From contig DAHVQG010000006.1 of NCBI GenBank assembly GCA_027317865.1, forward strand, positions 32,001 through 96,000: DNA of 64,000 bases, in the 5' to 3' direction. A program made the translations under genes and the position numbers. Shown piece after piece: positions 44,885 through 55,261 of the stretch. The notes beneath the pieces are model-generated. The model searched no databases and was not told the DNA's origin. It saw nothing but the letters and a program-made list of their open reading frames with translations. Positions within the stretch are counted from its first letter, which is position 1, and every line of letters starts with the position of its first letter. The DNA comes from Bdellovibrionales bacterium (GTDB lineage Bacteria > Bdellovibrionota > Bdellovibrionia > Bdellovibrionales > UBA1609).

Positions 44885-47130
44885 TCTGATTGCGACGCGC
44901 GAGTCACTTCGAGAACGCCAGTAAGTTTTTGAAGATCGGTCATAACGTCGCGAAGTTGGCGAATATCGCGAACCCGAATATCGAAAAGGCTGACAGCACG
45001 CAGATCTCGTGAGGTACGGGCTTGTACGTTTAAAATATTCACTCCCCGTGACTCGAAAACTTCGCTCATGCTCTTAAGTAAACCCGGCTTATCCTGGCTC
45101 AACACGCGCAAACGAACCGGACGTTCGGCAGACGCGTCAGCCGAGACATGGCTCCATTCGACGTCTACGGAACGGGCTTGATCCATCTCAAATGCTTTTT
45201 CACAATCGGCGCGATGAATGGTAATGCCACGGCCGCGCGAAATAAATCCAAGAATTGGATCGCCCGGAATGGGCATACAACATTTAGCATACCGCACGAG
45301 AACGTCGTTCATTCCGTCGACTTTTATAACCGATGCGGATTTGCGCGTTCGATCAACGGCTGACTTGAAGGCACGGGTCAAAAAACTTTCGGTTTTTCCG
45401 GCTGGTGTTGATTCCACTTTCGGAATTCGTTCGGGAGGTACAATTAACTCGATAACCTTTTGTGGCGTCACTTTACCGTAGCCAACACGAATATAAAGAT
45501 CATCTAAACTTTGGCAGCCTTCATCTTTAAGCAATTTTTCAAACCTGGCGCCCTCAAAAAATTTATGAATGGGCAAACTTTCTTTGCGAAAACTGCGTTC
45601 AAGAATTTCTTTGCCAAGCTCTTGTGCGCGCCGCCGCTGCTCGGCTTTTATCAATGCCCGAATTTTCGACTTGGCCCGCGAAGTCACACAAATTTTGAGC
45701 CAATCCTTGTTCGGAGTTTGGTTTTTAGAGGTAATCACTTCAACCGTGTCGCCATTGCGGAGTTTATGCTTGAGCGTGACAATCTTACCGTTCACTCGCG
45801 CGGCTACGATGCGCATGCCGACGTCGGTATGAACCGAAAATCCAAAATCAATGGGTGTCGCACCCTCCGGCAATTCCTTCACATCGCCTTTGGGAGTGAA
45901 AACGTAGATTTCACCCTCAAACAGATCGGATTTGATATTTTCAAGAAATTCATCTGAACTGTTCGTGCCCTGATGCGAAGTCACCAACTCGCGTAACCAG
46001 TTGAACTGGTCGATTGCCAGTTGTTCGATATTTTTATTGTTGGCGCGTGTTTCTTCTTTGTACTTCCAATGTGCGGCAATCCCCCACTCCGCAATGAGAT
46101 GCATTTCATTCGTGCGAATCTGAATTTCAACACGCTCACCGCCGGGCCCAATTACCGTGGTGTGCAAACTTTGATAATTGTTGGCTTTGGGCATCGCAAT
46201 AAAATCTTTAAAGCGGCCGGGGATAGGTTTAAAAATTGAATGAACAACCCCCAATACTTCGTAGCATTCTGAAACCGAATTCACGATCACGCGAAACGCC
46301 AGCAAGTCATAGATTTGATCGTAATCGAGACTGCGCATGGTCATCTTTTTATAAATCGAATACAAGTGCTTGGAGCGTCCTGAAATATCAAACAAAAAGG
46401 ACGTTCGCGCCCGTATTTCTTTAGTCAGAATTTCTTTGACGTCGTTAATGTACGCATCCCGCTCCTTTTTCTTCTTTTGAATTGTTTGAACCAGAGCGTA
46501 GTACTGTTCGGGATTGGTGTAGCGAAAACCCAAGTCTTCAAGCTCGATTTTGACGGAGCTGATACCGAGGCGGCCCGCAAGCGGCGAATAAATGTCGAGT
46601 GTCTCTTCAGCTATCCGCCGTTGTTTATCGAGCGGCATATGATTCAGCGTGCGCATATTGTGCAGTCGATCCGCGAGCTTTACCAAAATCACGCGCACGT
46701 CTTTGCCCATGGCGATGATCATTTTGCGGATATTTTCACCTTGTTTTTCGTGCGTCTGGCGAAAGTTCATCTGCGAAAGCTTCGTCACGCCGTCGACAAG
46801 ATCGGCAATGGTTTTACCGAAATCTTTTTCGATGTCGCTGAGACTTACGGTTGTATCTTCGACAACGTCGTGCAAAATTCCGGTCGAGATGCTTGCGATA
46901 TCGAGGTGAAGATCCGCGAGTATGCCCGCCACTCCCAACGGATGCATGATGTAAGGCTCACCACTGCGTCGCAACTGACCTTCGTGCGCCTTGCGAGCAA
47001 CTTCAAACGCGCGAACCAATGTCGTTAGATCACCTTGTGGATTGTACGAGCGAACTTTTGCAACGAGGTCGTCTATCGTTTCAGGGGATTTTTCATCTAT
47101 GGCTTCAGAAAAAATCTTCGCCGTTTGCAT
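44881..47130 (-). CDS. rel: Bifunctional (p)ppGpp synthetase/hydrolase (long RSH, Rel/SpoT type)
   Basis: Intact HD motif (HDVVED), RFKD synthetase motif, YQSLHT, EIQIRT, TGS, zinc-finger (AKCC.PIPGD) and ACT domains. Confidence 0.95.
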   Translation of the reverse strand: MQTAKIFSEAIDEKSPETIDDLVAKVRSYNPQGDLTTLVRAFEVARKAHEGQLRRSGEPYIMHPLGVAGILADLHLDIASISTGILHDVVEDTTVSLSDIEKDFGKTIADLVDGVTKLSQMNFRQTHEKQGENIRKMIIAMGKDVRVILVKLADRLHNMRTLNHMPLDKQRRIAEETLDIYSPLAGRLGISSVKIELEDLGFRYTNPEQYYALVQTIQKKKKERDAYINDVKEILTKEIRARTSFLFDISGRSKHLYSIYKKMTMRSLDYDQIYDLLAFRVIVNSVSECYEVLGVVHSIFKPIPGRFKDFIAMPKANNYQSLHTTVIGPGGERVEIQIRTNEMHLIAEWGIAAHWKYKEETRANNKNIEQLAIDQFNWLRELVTSHQGTNSSDEFLENIKSDLFEGEIYVFTPKGDVKELPEGATPIDFGFSVHTDVGMRIVAARVNGKIVTLKHKLRNGDTVEVITSKNQTPNKDWLKICVTSRAKSKIRALIKAEQRRRAQELGKEILERSFRKESLPIHKFFEGARFEKLLKDEGCQSLDDLYIRVGYGKVTPQKVIELIVPPERIPKVESTPAGKTESFLTRAFKSAVDRTRKSASVIKVDGMNDVLVRYAKCCMPIPGDPILGFISRGRGITIHRADCEKAFEMDQARSVDVEWSHVSADASAERPVRLRVLSQDKPGLLKSMSEVFESRGVNILNVQARTSRDLRAVSLFDIRVRDIRQLRDVMTDLQKLTGVLEVTRASQSD

Positions 47131-47171
47131 CTCGTTTTACTTCGGCGGATTTCACTAAAAACTTAAGAATT

Positions 47172-47411
47172 TTAGCGATTTAAATCGCTTTCTATCTGTT
47201 TTTCCGCCACTTCATCCGTAACTGCCGAATCGTAGTATACTTTGCCAGCGGCAACTTCACGCAATGACGTTACGATGTATTTGTTATTTTTCATTGTTAC
47301 AACGGGCTGCACGCCTTTCAGTAACTGTTTGGCGCGCTTTGCCACAAGAATGACAAGCCCAAAACGGTTATTTACTTTTTCAAGACAATCTTCAACAGTT
47401 ACCCGTGCCAC
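47172..47411 (-). CDS. rpoZ: RNA polymerase omega subunit
   Basis: ARVTVEDCL...[13 protein letters not shown]...SLREVA; GTG start with AAGGAG SD. Confidence 0.96.
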   Translation of the reverse strand: MARVTVEDCLEKVNNRFGLVILVAKRAKQLLKGVQPVVTMKNNKYIVTSLREVAAGKVYYDSAVTDEVAEKQIESDLNR

Positions 47412-47444
47412 ACGAAACTCCTTGTGAAAAAAGGGTATGCTAAG

Positions 47445-48020
47445 TTACCGATTTTTCAGTATTTCTTCAATGATTTTTTTGAATTGGCCGTAGCACAAAT
47501 CGAAATCAGCGTTAACAATTTGAATATTGAACTGTTTTGCTTGTGCGATTTCTTTTCGTGCGTTCTCAAGGCGAAGATCCAGCTCCGCGCCATCCATTTT
47601 GTCCCGCTTTTTGATTCTCTGACGCAGCTCATCAAGGGATGGCGGTAAAACAAATATTGAAAATGCCGTCGGGTATTTTTCTTTAAAAGTTCGCGCTCCT
47701 TGCACGTCAACATCCATAATTACAACACGACCAGCACTGATGGCCTCATCAATTTGATGCCTCGGGGTACCGTACATTTTATTGTGAACATGCGCCCACT
47801 CAACAAAAAAATCCTGTTCGATCAATTCGTGAAAACGATTCTCAGAAACAAAATGGTACGGATTACCTTCGCTTTCGCCTTTGCGCATGGTTCGAGTGGT
47901 ATACGTTGTCGTGTCAAATAACTGCGCAAATTCGGCTTTCGCTTTGTCGACTAATGTCGATTTGCCGACGCCGGATGGCCCCACAACGATGATCATGTTT
48001 ATCCCATTCGGGATCGTCAC
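47445..48020 (-). CDS. gmk: Guanylate kinase
   Basis: GPSGVGKST, TTRTMRKGE, YGTP, DVDVQGA, PPSLDEL. Start uncertain (GTG 48020 chosen). Confidence 0.93.
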   Translation of the reverse strand: MTIPNGINMIIVVGPSGVGKSTLVDKAKAEFAQLFDTTTYTTRTMRKGESEGNPYHFVSENRFHELIEQDFFVEWAHVHNKMYGTPRHQIDEAISAGRVVIMDVDVQGARTFKEKYPTAFSIFVLPPSLDELRQRIKKRDKMDGAELDLRLENARKEIAQAKQFNIQIVNADFDLCYGQFKKIIEEILKNR

Positions 48021-48024
48021 GTGT

Positions 48025-48912
48025 TCATTCAACGTTTTGCACCTGTTCTTTGAAAGCTTCAATTAGGCCTTTAGCCTCTACAACGAGTTCGGTCAGTCGC
48101 GCATGGTTGGCTTTCGAACCTATGGTGTTCACTTCGCGCAATAGTTCTTGGCCGTAGAAATCTAATTTCTTACCGCGGGCATTTCGATTCGCTACGTATT
48201 TCAAACACATTTGCAAATGCTCTTTTAACCGAGCGAGTTCCTCGCCGATGTCGCTTTTATCTAAGTAGTAAACAAGTTCCTCGGCAAAACGTGACGGATC
48301 GATCGCGACGTCTTTTGATATTTTTCGCAATCGGTCGTAGAGCTTGGCTTCTAACTCGCGATTTGACGACTCACGTAATCGCTCCATTAATCCAACAAGT
48401 TTTTTCAATTGATTGAGAATGCTGAGCAAATGTCGGGACAGCGACCGGCCCTCGCGCAAGCGTTCACGCAAACATTGTCGAAGCGCCGTTCGAAAAGCCC
48501 GCAAAACCTTATTTTTTTCATTCGAACTTACCGATGTCAGTTCACGCGTCTCAAATACCTGGGGCAAACTCGACACGCGTTCAGCTAAATTGTTTAAATT
48601 TAGTGGGAGTTTTAACGTTCGCGCCAAACGTCGATGTGCCTCCACCCACTTTTTTGCGTTTTTGGGATTAAACCGGACATTCAAATCCGCCGAACCGCGC
48701 CGATAAACAAATATGTCAATCGTGCCGCGCTCAAACATAGCCGTTACTTCTTTTTTTAACTGCGATTCAAGTGCAAAATATTCTTTTGGTAGGTGAAAAC
48801 GAGGTTCAAGAAATCGGCCATTGACAGATTTGACAGTAATAGAAAATTCGGTGTCGGCAGTTCGCCCTTCTACCGTGCCATAACCCGTCATGCTCTTCAT
48901 GCCAGAGCTCAT
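48025..48912 (-). CDS. yicC: YicC/YloC family endoribonuclease
   Basis: MKSMTGYG, KSVNGRFL, DIGEELARL, GKKLDFYGQELLREVNTIGSK, EQVQNVE. Confidence 0.92.
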   Translation of the reverse strand: MSSGMKSMTGYGTVEGRTADTEFSITVKSVNGRFLEPRFHLPKEYFALESQLKKEVTAMFERGTIDIFVYRRGSADLNVRFNPKNAKKWVEAHRRLARTLKLPLNLNNLAERVSSLPQVFETRELTSVSSNEKNKVLRAFRTALRQCLRERLREGRSLSRHLLSILNQLKKLVGLMERLRESSNRELEAKLYDRLRKISKDVAIDPSRFAEELVYYLDKSDIGEELARLKEHLQMCLKYVANRNARGKKLDFYGQELLREVNTIGSKANHARLTELVVEAKGLIEAFKEQVQNVE

Positions 48913-48936
48913 CTAAAAATCGCACCTAAGTTAAAG

Positions 48937-49794
48937 TTAAACTTCTTGCCATGTTATTGCATTGTCGCGCCGAAACCAAGTCATCTGTTTTTTGGCAAGT
49001 TGCATAGTACTGATTACAATGGCTTCGGCGAGGCGATCACGTGATAGCCGCCCCGCAAGATATTCTTTGCATTCAAAATACCCAACGGAGTTGAATGGCC
49101 GCGTGTCTCTATAACCTTGATTGACCAGCGACTTTGCCTCGTCAATCAACCCATAAGTCAGCATCGCGGCCGTGCGTTCAACGATTCTCGCACGCAGTCG
49201 CGATCGCTCCACGGTAAGGCCCACTTTACGCACGTCATATCGAGCTGCAAGTCGATTTGGATTTTGTTTGAGATTCTGCGCAACTTCAGACCACGGTCGC
49301 CCCGTCGCAAGTGAGCCCTCAAGTGCGCGGCGCAAACGGTAATGATCGTTAGGTGAAAGTTTTCGTGCCGAAGCCGGATCGATGCGTTCGAGTTGCGGCC
49401 AAAGTTCCCGGTCGACCTCCCATTGGCGGACTTGCGTTCGAATTTCGTCGTTTACCTTAGGAATGTCGTACATGCCGTTTTCGAGCGCTTGAATATAAAA
49501 TCCGCTACCACCAACAACAAAAATTTCGCGGTTATGATATTCGCGTTCGATAACGGCCAGCGCCTCACGTCGATAGTCTCCGGCTGTAAACTCCTGGTCG
49601 GGCAATACCAAATCGTACAGTTCATGTTGGGCACGGGCACGATCCGCAACTGTAGGTTTTGCCGAACCCAAATCAAAATATTTGTAAACTTGAATGCTGT
49701 CGGCGTTCACAATGATCGCGTTGACGCGTTCGGCTTGGTTCAGCGCCCAAGCTGACTTCCCGGCGCCAGTTGGCCCGACGACAAACGTGATCAT
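48937..49794 (-). CDS. miaA: tRNA dimethylallyltransferase
   Basis: GPTGAGKS, ADSIQVY, GSAKP, VGGSGFY, RRALE, LAKKQMTWFR. Confidence 0.95.
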   Translation of the reverse strand: MITFVVGPTGAGKSAWALNQAERVNAIIVNADSIQVYKYFDLGSAKPTVADRARAQHELYDLVLPDQEFTAGDYRREALAVIEREYHNREIFVVGGSGFYIQALENGMYDIPKVNDEIRTQVRQWEVDRELWPQLERIDPASARKLSPNDHYRLRRALEGSLATGRPWSEVAQNLKQNPNRLAARYDVRKVGLTVERSRLRARIVERTAAMLTYGLIDEAKSLVNQGYRDTRPFNSVGYFECKEYLAGRLSRDRLAEAIVISTMQLAKKQMTWFRRDNAITWQEV

Positions 49795-51581
49795 ACGATC
49801 CGGCCAAAATCACGCTCAAGCCGCTGAAACGGATACTCGACATAAACCGGGCGGCCATGCGGACAAAAACTAGAAAGCGGAAATTCATCCATTTGCTTCA
49901 AAAGCGCGCGCATTTCGTCTGTGCTTAGTGGTTGGCCTGCGCGAATGGCCGAATGACAAGCCATTGTTGCAACAATATTGCCAAGCGCTTTATCGAGATG
50001 AAAACTGCCCCCATGTTGAACAAAATCTTCAGCAATTTTCTCAATAACCGCGGGCAACCGATCGGTATTCATTAATGCCGGAGCCGCTTGAATTGCAATT
50101 TGCGAAGGCCCCGTCATTTCAAGAATAAAACCCAATTTTTGAAATTCTTCAGCCGATTTCATCAAATCTTGCGCCATATCTTCGGCAAGATCCACCGTTT
50201 GAGGGAGCAAAAAATTTTGCACCTCAACTGACCCGGCTCGTATATCTCTCATCAGACGCTCAAACAAAACGCGTTCATGTGCAGCATGTTGATCCACGAT
50301 CAACAACGCCGCTCGCGATTGGCACAAAATATAGGTCAAGTTCGACTGGCCCAACACTTCAAGTGTCGACCAAATTGCCGTTGAATTAATATTTTGGCCG
50401 TTAGAAAAATCGGCAACTGTTGTCTGACGATCAACCGACGACGCGATTTCAGAGGCCGTTAAACGTTCCGGACTTTGCACGCGCGCAATAGCTGAGTCGG
50501 CAAAAGTAAGATTTATTTGCGGCCGTTCGTTCATATCGTCATTTCTCACGACATTTGCCGCCACCGCCGGTTGCTCCGCCGGACTAAAAGTGACTGCCGG
50601 TCGCCACGGTGCTTTTTCGAGAACTCCCCGAACCGCACGATGAACCACGCGAAATACTTTCGAAGCATCTTGAAATTTCACTTGCGATTTGGTTGGGCTC
50701 ACATTGACATCGACAAAATCCGGCGGGCAGACCAAATCAATCGCGACAACCGGGTACTCGCCGTGCATAAGTAGCTGCCGGTAAGCATCTAAAACAGCCG
50801 CTTGAATCCCGCGATCTTGAACATGGCGTTTCTGAACTAGAGACCAAATTTGCCGAGAGTTCCCCACAGTACGATTCGGGCTCGATACAACAGCATGGAC
50901 CCGAACTCCGTCAAGTTCCGCGTCGGCTTCGTACATTTCTTCTTCGTTCAGCACCTGCATTACGCGTTTTAGAAATGTCGAAACACCCGGCCAATAGAAA
51001 ACAAAGTCATCATTGTATCGCACTCGAAATGTGACGTCGGGCCGGGCGAGAGCCAAGGCTTTTAATTGAGTTTTTATTGCAGCCGCTTCACCAGTGTCGG
51101 ATTTTAAAAATTTCAGCCGCGCCGGTACATTTTCAAAAAGGCCCTCAATCAAAAGAGTTGTCCCTTGTGCGCCGCCAATGGGTTGTACGGCGCCAATATC
51201 TCCGTACTCGGCAGTAATTTGGTGGCCCATCTCCTGGCCGGCGACTCGTGATCGTAGTGTCAGTCGGCTGACGGCCGCAATGCTAGCAAGGGCTTCGCCG
51301 CGAAAGCCAAAAGAGCTAATGCGCCAAATGTCGTGGACGTTTTGAATTTTACTCGTGGCATGACGAGCCAACGCTAATGGCAACTCTTCAGGAGCAATTC
51401 CGTGACCGTTATCTTCAACGCAAACACTTCGGCCGCCATTTTTAAAATCGATCGTAATTTCTGAAGCACCCGCGTCGAGCGAATTTTCAACGATTTCTTT
51501 AATCAGGTGAGCCGGCCGCTCAACAACTTCACCAGCTGCGATTTGGTCGATAACCTGGTTGTCGAGAATTTTGATGGCCAT
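49791..51581 (-). CDS. mutL: DNA mismatch repair endonuclease MutL
   Basis: IAAGEVVERP, ENSLDAGA, GFRGEALASI; endonuclease motifs DQHAAHER, ACH and CPHGRP. Confidence 0.97.
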   Translation of the reverse strand: MAIKILDNQVIDQIAAGEVVERPAHLIKEIVENSLDAGASEITIDFKNGGRSVCVEDNGHGIAPEELPLALARHATSKIQNVHDIWRISSFGFRGEALASIAAVSRLTLRSRVAGQEMGHQITAEYGDIGAVQPIGGAQGTTLLIEGLFENVPARLKFLKSDTGEAAAIKTQLKALALARPDVTFRVRYNDDFVFYWPGVSTFLKRVMQVLNEEEMYEADAELDGVRVHAVVSSPNRTVGNSRQIWSLVQKRHVQDRGIQAAVLDAYRQLLMHGEYPVVAIDLVCPPDFVDVNVSPTKSQVKFQDASKVFRVVHRAVRGVLEKAPWRPAVTFSPAEQPAVAANVVRNDDMNERPQINLTFADSAIARVQSPERLTASEIASSVDRQTTVADFSNGQNINSTAIWSTLEVLGQSNLTYILCQSRAALLIVDQHAAHERVLFERLMRDIRAGSVEVQNFLLPQTVDLAEDMAQDLMKSAEEFQKLGFILEMTGPSQIAIQAAPALMNTDRLPAVIEKIAEDFVQHGGSFHLDKALGNIVATMACHSAIRAGQPLSTDEMRALLKQMDEFPLSSFCPHGRPVYVEYPFQRLERDFGRIV

Positions 51582-51632
51582 AAAGTCTCATACAAGAAAC
51601 TGGCACATCGTTCAATAGATGCCTATGAATCT

Positions 51633-52649
51633 CTAATATTGGTATTCGAGAGCTGCCCCAATACCCGCATACTGTTCTTTTTCGTAGATGTAACGGGCAT
51701 CTCCTCGCAGCGCAAATCGTCCTTTTAATCGAATAGTCGCCGACAATTCCCCGACAACCCCCATAGTAAGCTCCTCGGAATCAAACTTACCCAGCCCAGG
51801 GCTTTGCCGGAGAAGCACGGACCACTTTGAAAATCGCGCGAGCAAACCAAATCCAGCCGTAACCAAAATACGTGAAGTCTGCGTAATCGGCAGATTCGCA
51901 ATCATGTCACCAATTGCCATAAACCCCGACGTGCTCGTCGCAATTTGATTGTAAAATGATGGCGGCGTGGTCGTGAACATTAAGTCAAAATCAAGCGGCA
52001 TACCCCCCATTAGAGATGTTGGGCCGACATATTTCAAACCGTACATAGGTGTGCTGGCCGATCGTGCGCCACCGCTTATTTTTTCAGAAAAATTCAAATT
52101 GTAATACGACAGGCCCACGTAACGATTCATGTACAAGTCGATATTATTGTCGTCTTCAGATTCAGAATTAGAACTCGAACCGAAAAAAGAATCGTTGTGA
52201 TTATGAGAATTTTTCTGATCGGGCAGAATAATATCGGTATCAGTAATAAAACCCGCACCGTGCGGCTTAAGAGGCAAACGATAAAAATACCCAAGGCCGC
52301 CAACCCCTGTGTACATTTTTTTTGAAACCCAAATCTTTCGCCCTTTATCCATGTAACCCAAAACAGGTGCGTCAAAATTTGGCGCAGAATAAATCGCCGC
52401 GCCGTCATGTTTCACATACGCGATTTGCATGAACTTAAGCCATCGCTTTATTGCTGCTTCTCTATCGGCACGGCGCACGGCAGCCTGTCGCGAATTAAGT
52501 ATTTGCTTCATTTGTTTATTCGATTGGTAGGGAGCAAAATCGCCCTGAGCGTGAGCGGTTATCGTAATCCCACTAAAAAACAGGCCGAATACGCCCACGA
52601 AAATCAACCGACGGCGTAAGGCGCTTCTTTTTAAAAAAAACCCTGTCAT
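51633..52649 (-). CDS. Exported protein with an SH3b-like domain and a C-terminal beta-barrel
   Basis: Signal peptide (AHA), DGAAIYSAPNFDAPVLGY (SH3b-like), low-complexity linker, amphipathic strands ending LEYQY. Confidence 0.55.
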   Translation of the reverse strand: MTGFFLKRSALRRRLIFVGVFGLFFSGITITAHAQGDFAPYQSNKQMKQILNSRQAAVRRADREAAIKRWLKFMQIAYVKHDGAAIYSAPNFDAPVLGYMDKGRKIWVSKKMYTGVGGLGYFYRLPLKPHGAGFITDTDIILPDQKNSHNHNDSFFGSSSNSESEDDNNIDLYMNRYVGLSYYNLNFSEKISGGARSASTPMYGLKYVGPTSLMGGMPLDFDLMFTTTPPSFYNQIATSTSGFMAIGDMIANLPITQTSRILVTAGFGLLARFSKWSVLLRQSPGLGKFDSEELTMGVVGELSATIRLKGRFALRGDARYIYEKEQYAGIGAALEYQY

Positions 52650-52696
52650 GTTTAACTATTGGACCTTTAACCGCCACAAAATTCAAGTGCCGCGAA

Positions 52697-53146
52697 CTAA
52701 GCTTCAGGGGACTGCGGCGCTGAGGCACTTGGCTGGTTCGAGTCCTGGTGAAGCGCACCTTTTTCTTCGGCGTGAATCGCGGGCAAGCGCGAAAGCGGAT
52801 TATGCGCCTGAAAGAGATATTGTTCCGACCGGCGCACCTCATCGAGTCGCGCTTTGACCCGCTTTACGGTCTCGTCAGGGTCGCGCTTATAAAGTAGTGG
52901 ATCAAACCCGCAATGAGGGCACGTTAGCGCCATTCGCCAGCGAATACGAATAAAGACGTCAGCGCTTGCCAGAAGAAAAACAAATATGAGAATTGCGCGT
53001 GGATCAACTCCGCCCCAGAACACGAATGTAAGGACAAGAGCACAACCGAACGCGAGCACGACGTTTGTCCAGCTTACATTTTTTTTTGTGTAGACCCGCC
53101 GTTCAAGGCGACAAAACGCGCAGTATATCTTTTCGCTCACTGCCAC
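52697..53146 (-). CDS. Small membrane protein with CxxC pairs flanking a hydrophobic hairpin
   Basis: YCAFC, two hydrophobic helices, TCPHCGFDP; GTG start with GGGAGG SD. Confidence 0.7.
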   Translation of the reverse strand: MAVSEKIYCAFCRLERRVYTKKNVSWTNVVLAFGCALVLTFVFWGGVDPRAILIFVFLLASADVFIRIRWRMALTCPHCGFDPLLYKRDPDETVKRVKARLDEVRRSEQYLFQAHNPLSRLPAIHAEEKGALHQDSNQPSASAPQSPEA

Positions 53147-53266
53147 GGGTCCTCCCGGTTAATCTACTCATTCATTTTAAAGACCATTATTTTAAAAAAA
53201 AAGACGAGTTTTTGCGTTTCACCCCTTTTTTGCTATGCTCGTGTCTGAATAGTGAAGGAGATCTTC

Positions 53267-53926
53267 ATGCGCCACGCAAAAAGTCTAGCTTTGATCGTGG
53301 GTTCGATTATGGGACTCGTAGTGTTACACGCGTCATATGCTTTTGCGGAGGCAAAGTATGACGGCTACGAAGCGATCGTACACAATTTGATGGGCGAGTC
53401 GACAACTGCGAAAATGCCGTCGCAAACTGACAATCCATTTGCTAATGTCCACTTTCACATAGCTGTTGGCGCTGCCGCCTCGCATTTGGATCTCACATCT
53501 ACCCACGGCTTACCTTCGGGAGCGAATCTTCATGGCGTCGAAGTTGATCTCGGCATCGATCTTTTTTCTCCGTATTGGCAAGCCGTCGGTACTGTAACTT
53601 CTTTCGTTACGGATTATGAGCGACAAACGCAACTCCAAATGAAAGAATTTGGAATGCTAGTTCAACACAAACTACCTATCGAGGGTTCTATTTCATTTGT
53701 TCTTGGCGCGGGGTTAACGGCTCGTTATTTAACTTTAGCGGGTCAATTACCTGAAGGGGTGAACAGCAGTAATACAACTCCCGCATCACAATTCGACGGC
53801 GGACTCGATTTCGGAATCACACCCGGTCTCGGCGTTATCCTCAATGCCTCTTATGAAGCGGCGCTCGTTCGTACCGCCGATGCCGGATCAATCAATGGAT
53901 CAGTCATGTTAGCGGGGACATTTTAA
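53267..53926 (+). CDS. Putative small outer-membrane beta-barrel protein
   Basis: Signal peptide (AFA), amphipathic strands, terminal Phe (LAGTF); ATG 53267 with AAGGAG SD. Confidence 0.65.
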   Translation: MRHAKSLALIVGSIMGLVVLHASYAFAEAKYDGYEAIVHNLMGESTTAKMPSQTDNPFANVHFHIAVGAAASHLDLTSTHGLPSGANLHGVEVDLGIDLFSPYWQAVGTVTSFVTDYERQTQLQMKEFGMLVQHKLPIEGSISFVLGAGLTARYLTLAGQLPEGVNSSNTTPASQFDGGLDFGITPGLGVILNASYEAALVRTADAGSINGSVMLAGTF

Positions 53927-53966
53927 AAAAGCGGGCACATTTAAAATTTAGCAACAGAGTTCACCC

Positions 53967-54593
53967 ATGCAACTTGAAGAACAACACCAGGACGAACCGC
54001 AACTCGAAAAGCTAGGGCACCTTGTTCGATATTTGACCGAATTTGCCCGGCACCCGGTGCAAAAGATTAAAGATGTTCCCGATTGGGATTGGCCGGCACT
54101 CGTAATATTCTATGTGGCGGCGGCCGCGACGTGCGGAGTTTTGCGTGGAATTTTAATCGGCCACATTACTGAAGTGTTTTCCGGTCTTATTGTGACCCCG
54201 ATTATGTCGGTTTTTAGCGCGGCTTTGGTTACAGGTTTAATTTACTACACTCTGGTTTTTTTCTTTGATCGTGATTCGTCACTACGGCGGATATTTTCGC
54301 TTGTTTTGCTCGCCGCATTGCCGACTATGATCCTCTCGATTGTAAGCCACTGGGCATCAATCATCACTATCATTGGATTATTTTTGAGCGGTCTATTATT
54401 AGTCGTCGGCGTCAGCGGCAATTTCAATATAGATCGGAAAAAATTCGGTAAGATCATCGCGGCGATTTTCGTCGCGTACTTTTTATTTTGGATTTACTCG
54501 TCTTGGCACTTTCGGATCGAAAAAGAAAAATACAAGAACCGGCTCACCACCCCCGCTTCACGACAGATTCTCGAGCAGGAATTGGGTCATTAG
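53967..54593 (+). CDS. Yip1-like multi-pass membrane protein
   Basis: FARHP start followed by five hydrophobic helices, with the AALP motif typical of Yip1 domains. Confidence 0.65.
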   Translation: MQLEEQHQDEPQLEKLGHLVRYLTEFARHPVQKIKDVPDWDWPALVIFYVAAAATCGVLRGILIGHITEVFSGLIVTPIMSVFSAALVTGLIYYTLVFFFDRDSSLRRIFSLVLLAALPTMILSIVSHWASIITIIGLFLSGLLLVVGVSGNFNIDRKKFGKIIAAIFVAYFLFWIYSSWHFRIEKEKYKNRLTTPASRQILEQELGH

Positions 54594-55225
54594 TGCTTGC
54601 CCGTACTACCAAAACCGCCTTCGCCGCGCGCCGTTTCGTCGAGTTCGTCGACCCGCACCAGTTGCGCTTTTAATACCGGTACGAGCACCAGTTGTGCGAT
54701 GCGATCCTGATTGTTAACAGTGACCGGTGTCTGACCAAGGTTAATCAAAATAATTTTCACTTCGCCGCGATAATCCGCGTCGATTGTGCCGGGAGTATTG
54801 AGCAGAGTAATCCCTTCTTTATGCGCCCAGCCACTGCGCGGTCGTGCTTGCAGTTCATACCCAGACGGAATGGCAAAACTTAAACCCGTCGGCACCAAAG
54901 CTCGAGCGCCCGGTTCAAGGACTATAGGTTCGGTGATTTGCGCGCGTACGTCAAATCCGCTGGCATGCTCGGATTTATATTCGGGCAACTCACCGGTGAA
55001 ATGCTCGTGCACTTTCACCTTTATATCCAATGGTTGGTTTGTACCCCCGCTGGAGTGCGCCGCTGAATTCTGCTCGCGCTCGCCACGCAAAAATGTTTCA
55101 AAGGCAACTGCCAATTTGCGAAGATTTTCGTCACGTTGCTCTTTTTCAATTAAATTGTTTTCAACAAATTTTTCAACGGTCTGGGCAACTGTTTTTAGCC
55201 TATCTGTAAAGCTCGATGAATCCAT
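54590..55225 (-). CDS. dut: dUTP diphosphatase with a 65-residue N-terminal extension
   Basis: ASGFDV, RPRSG, GTIDADYRGE, DRIAQLV and RGEGGFGSTG motifs. Confidence 0.95.
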   Translation of the reverse strand: MDSSSFTDRLKTVAQTVEKFVENNLIEKEQRDENLRKLAVAFETFLRGEREQNSAAHSSGGTNQPLDIKVKVHEHFTGELPEYKSEHASGFDVRAQITEPIVLEPGARALVPTGLSFAIPSGYELQARPRSGWAHKEGITLLNTPGTIDADYRGEVKIILINLGQTPVTVNNQDRIAQLVLVPVLKAQLVRVDELDETARGEGGFGSTGKH

Positions 55226-55261
55226 TTTTTTACCTTTCGCAATCGCAACAAATTTTGTTCA

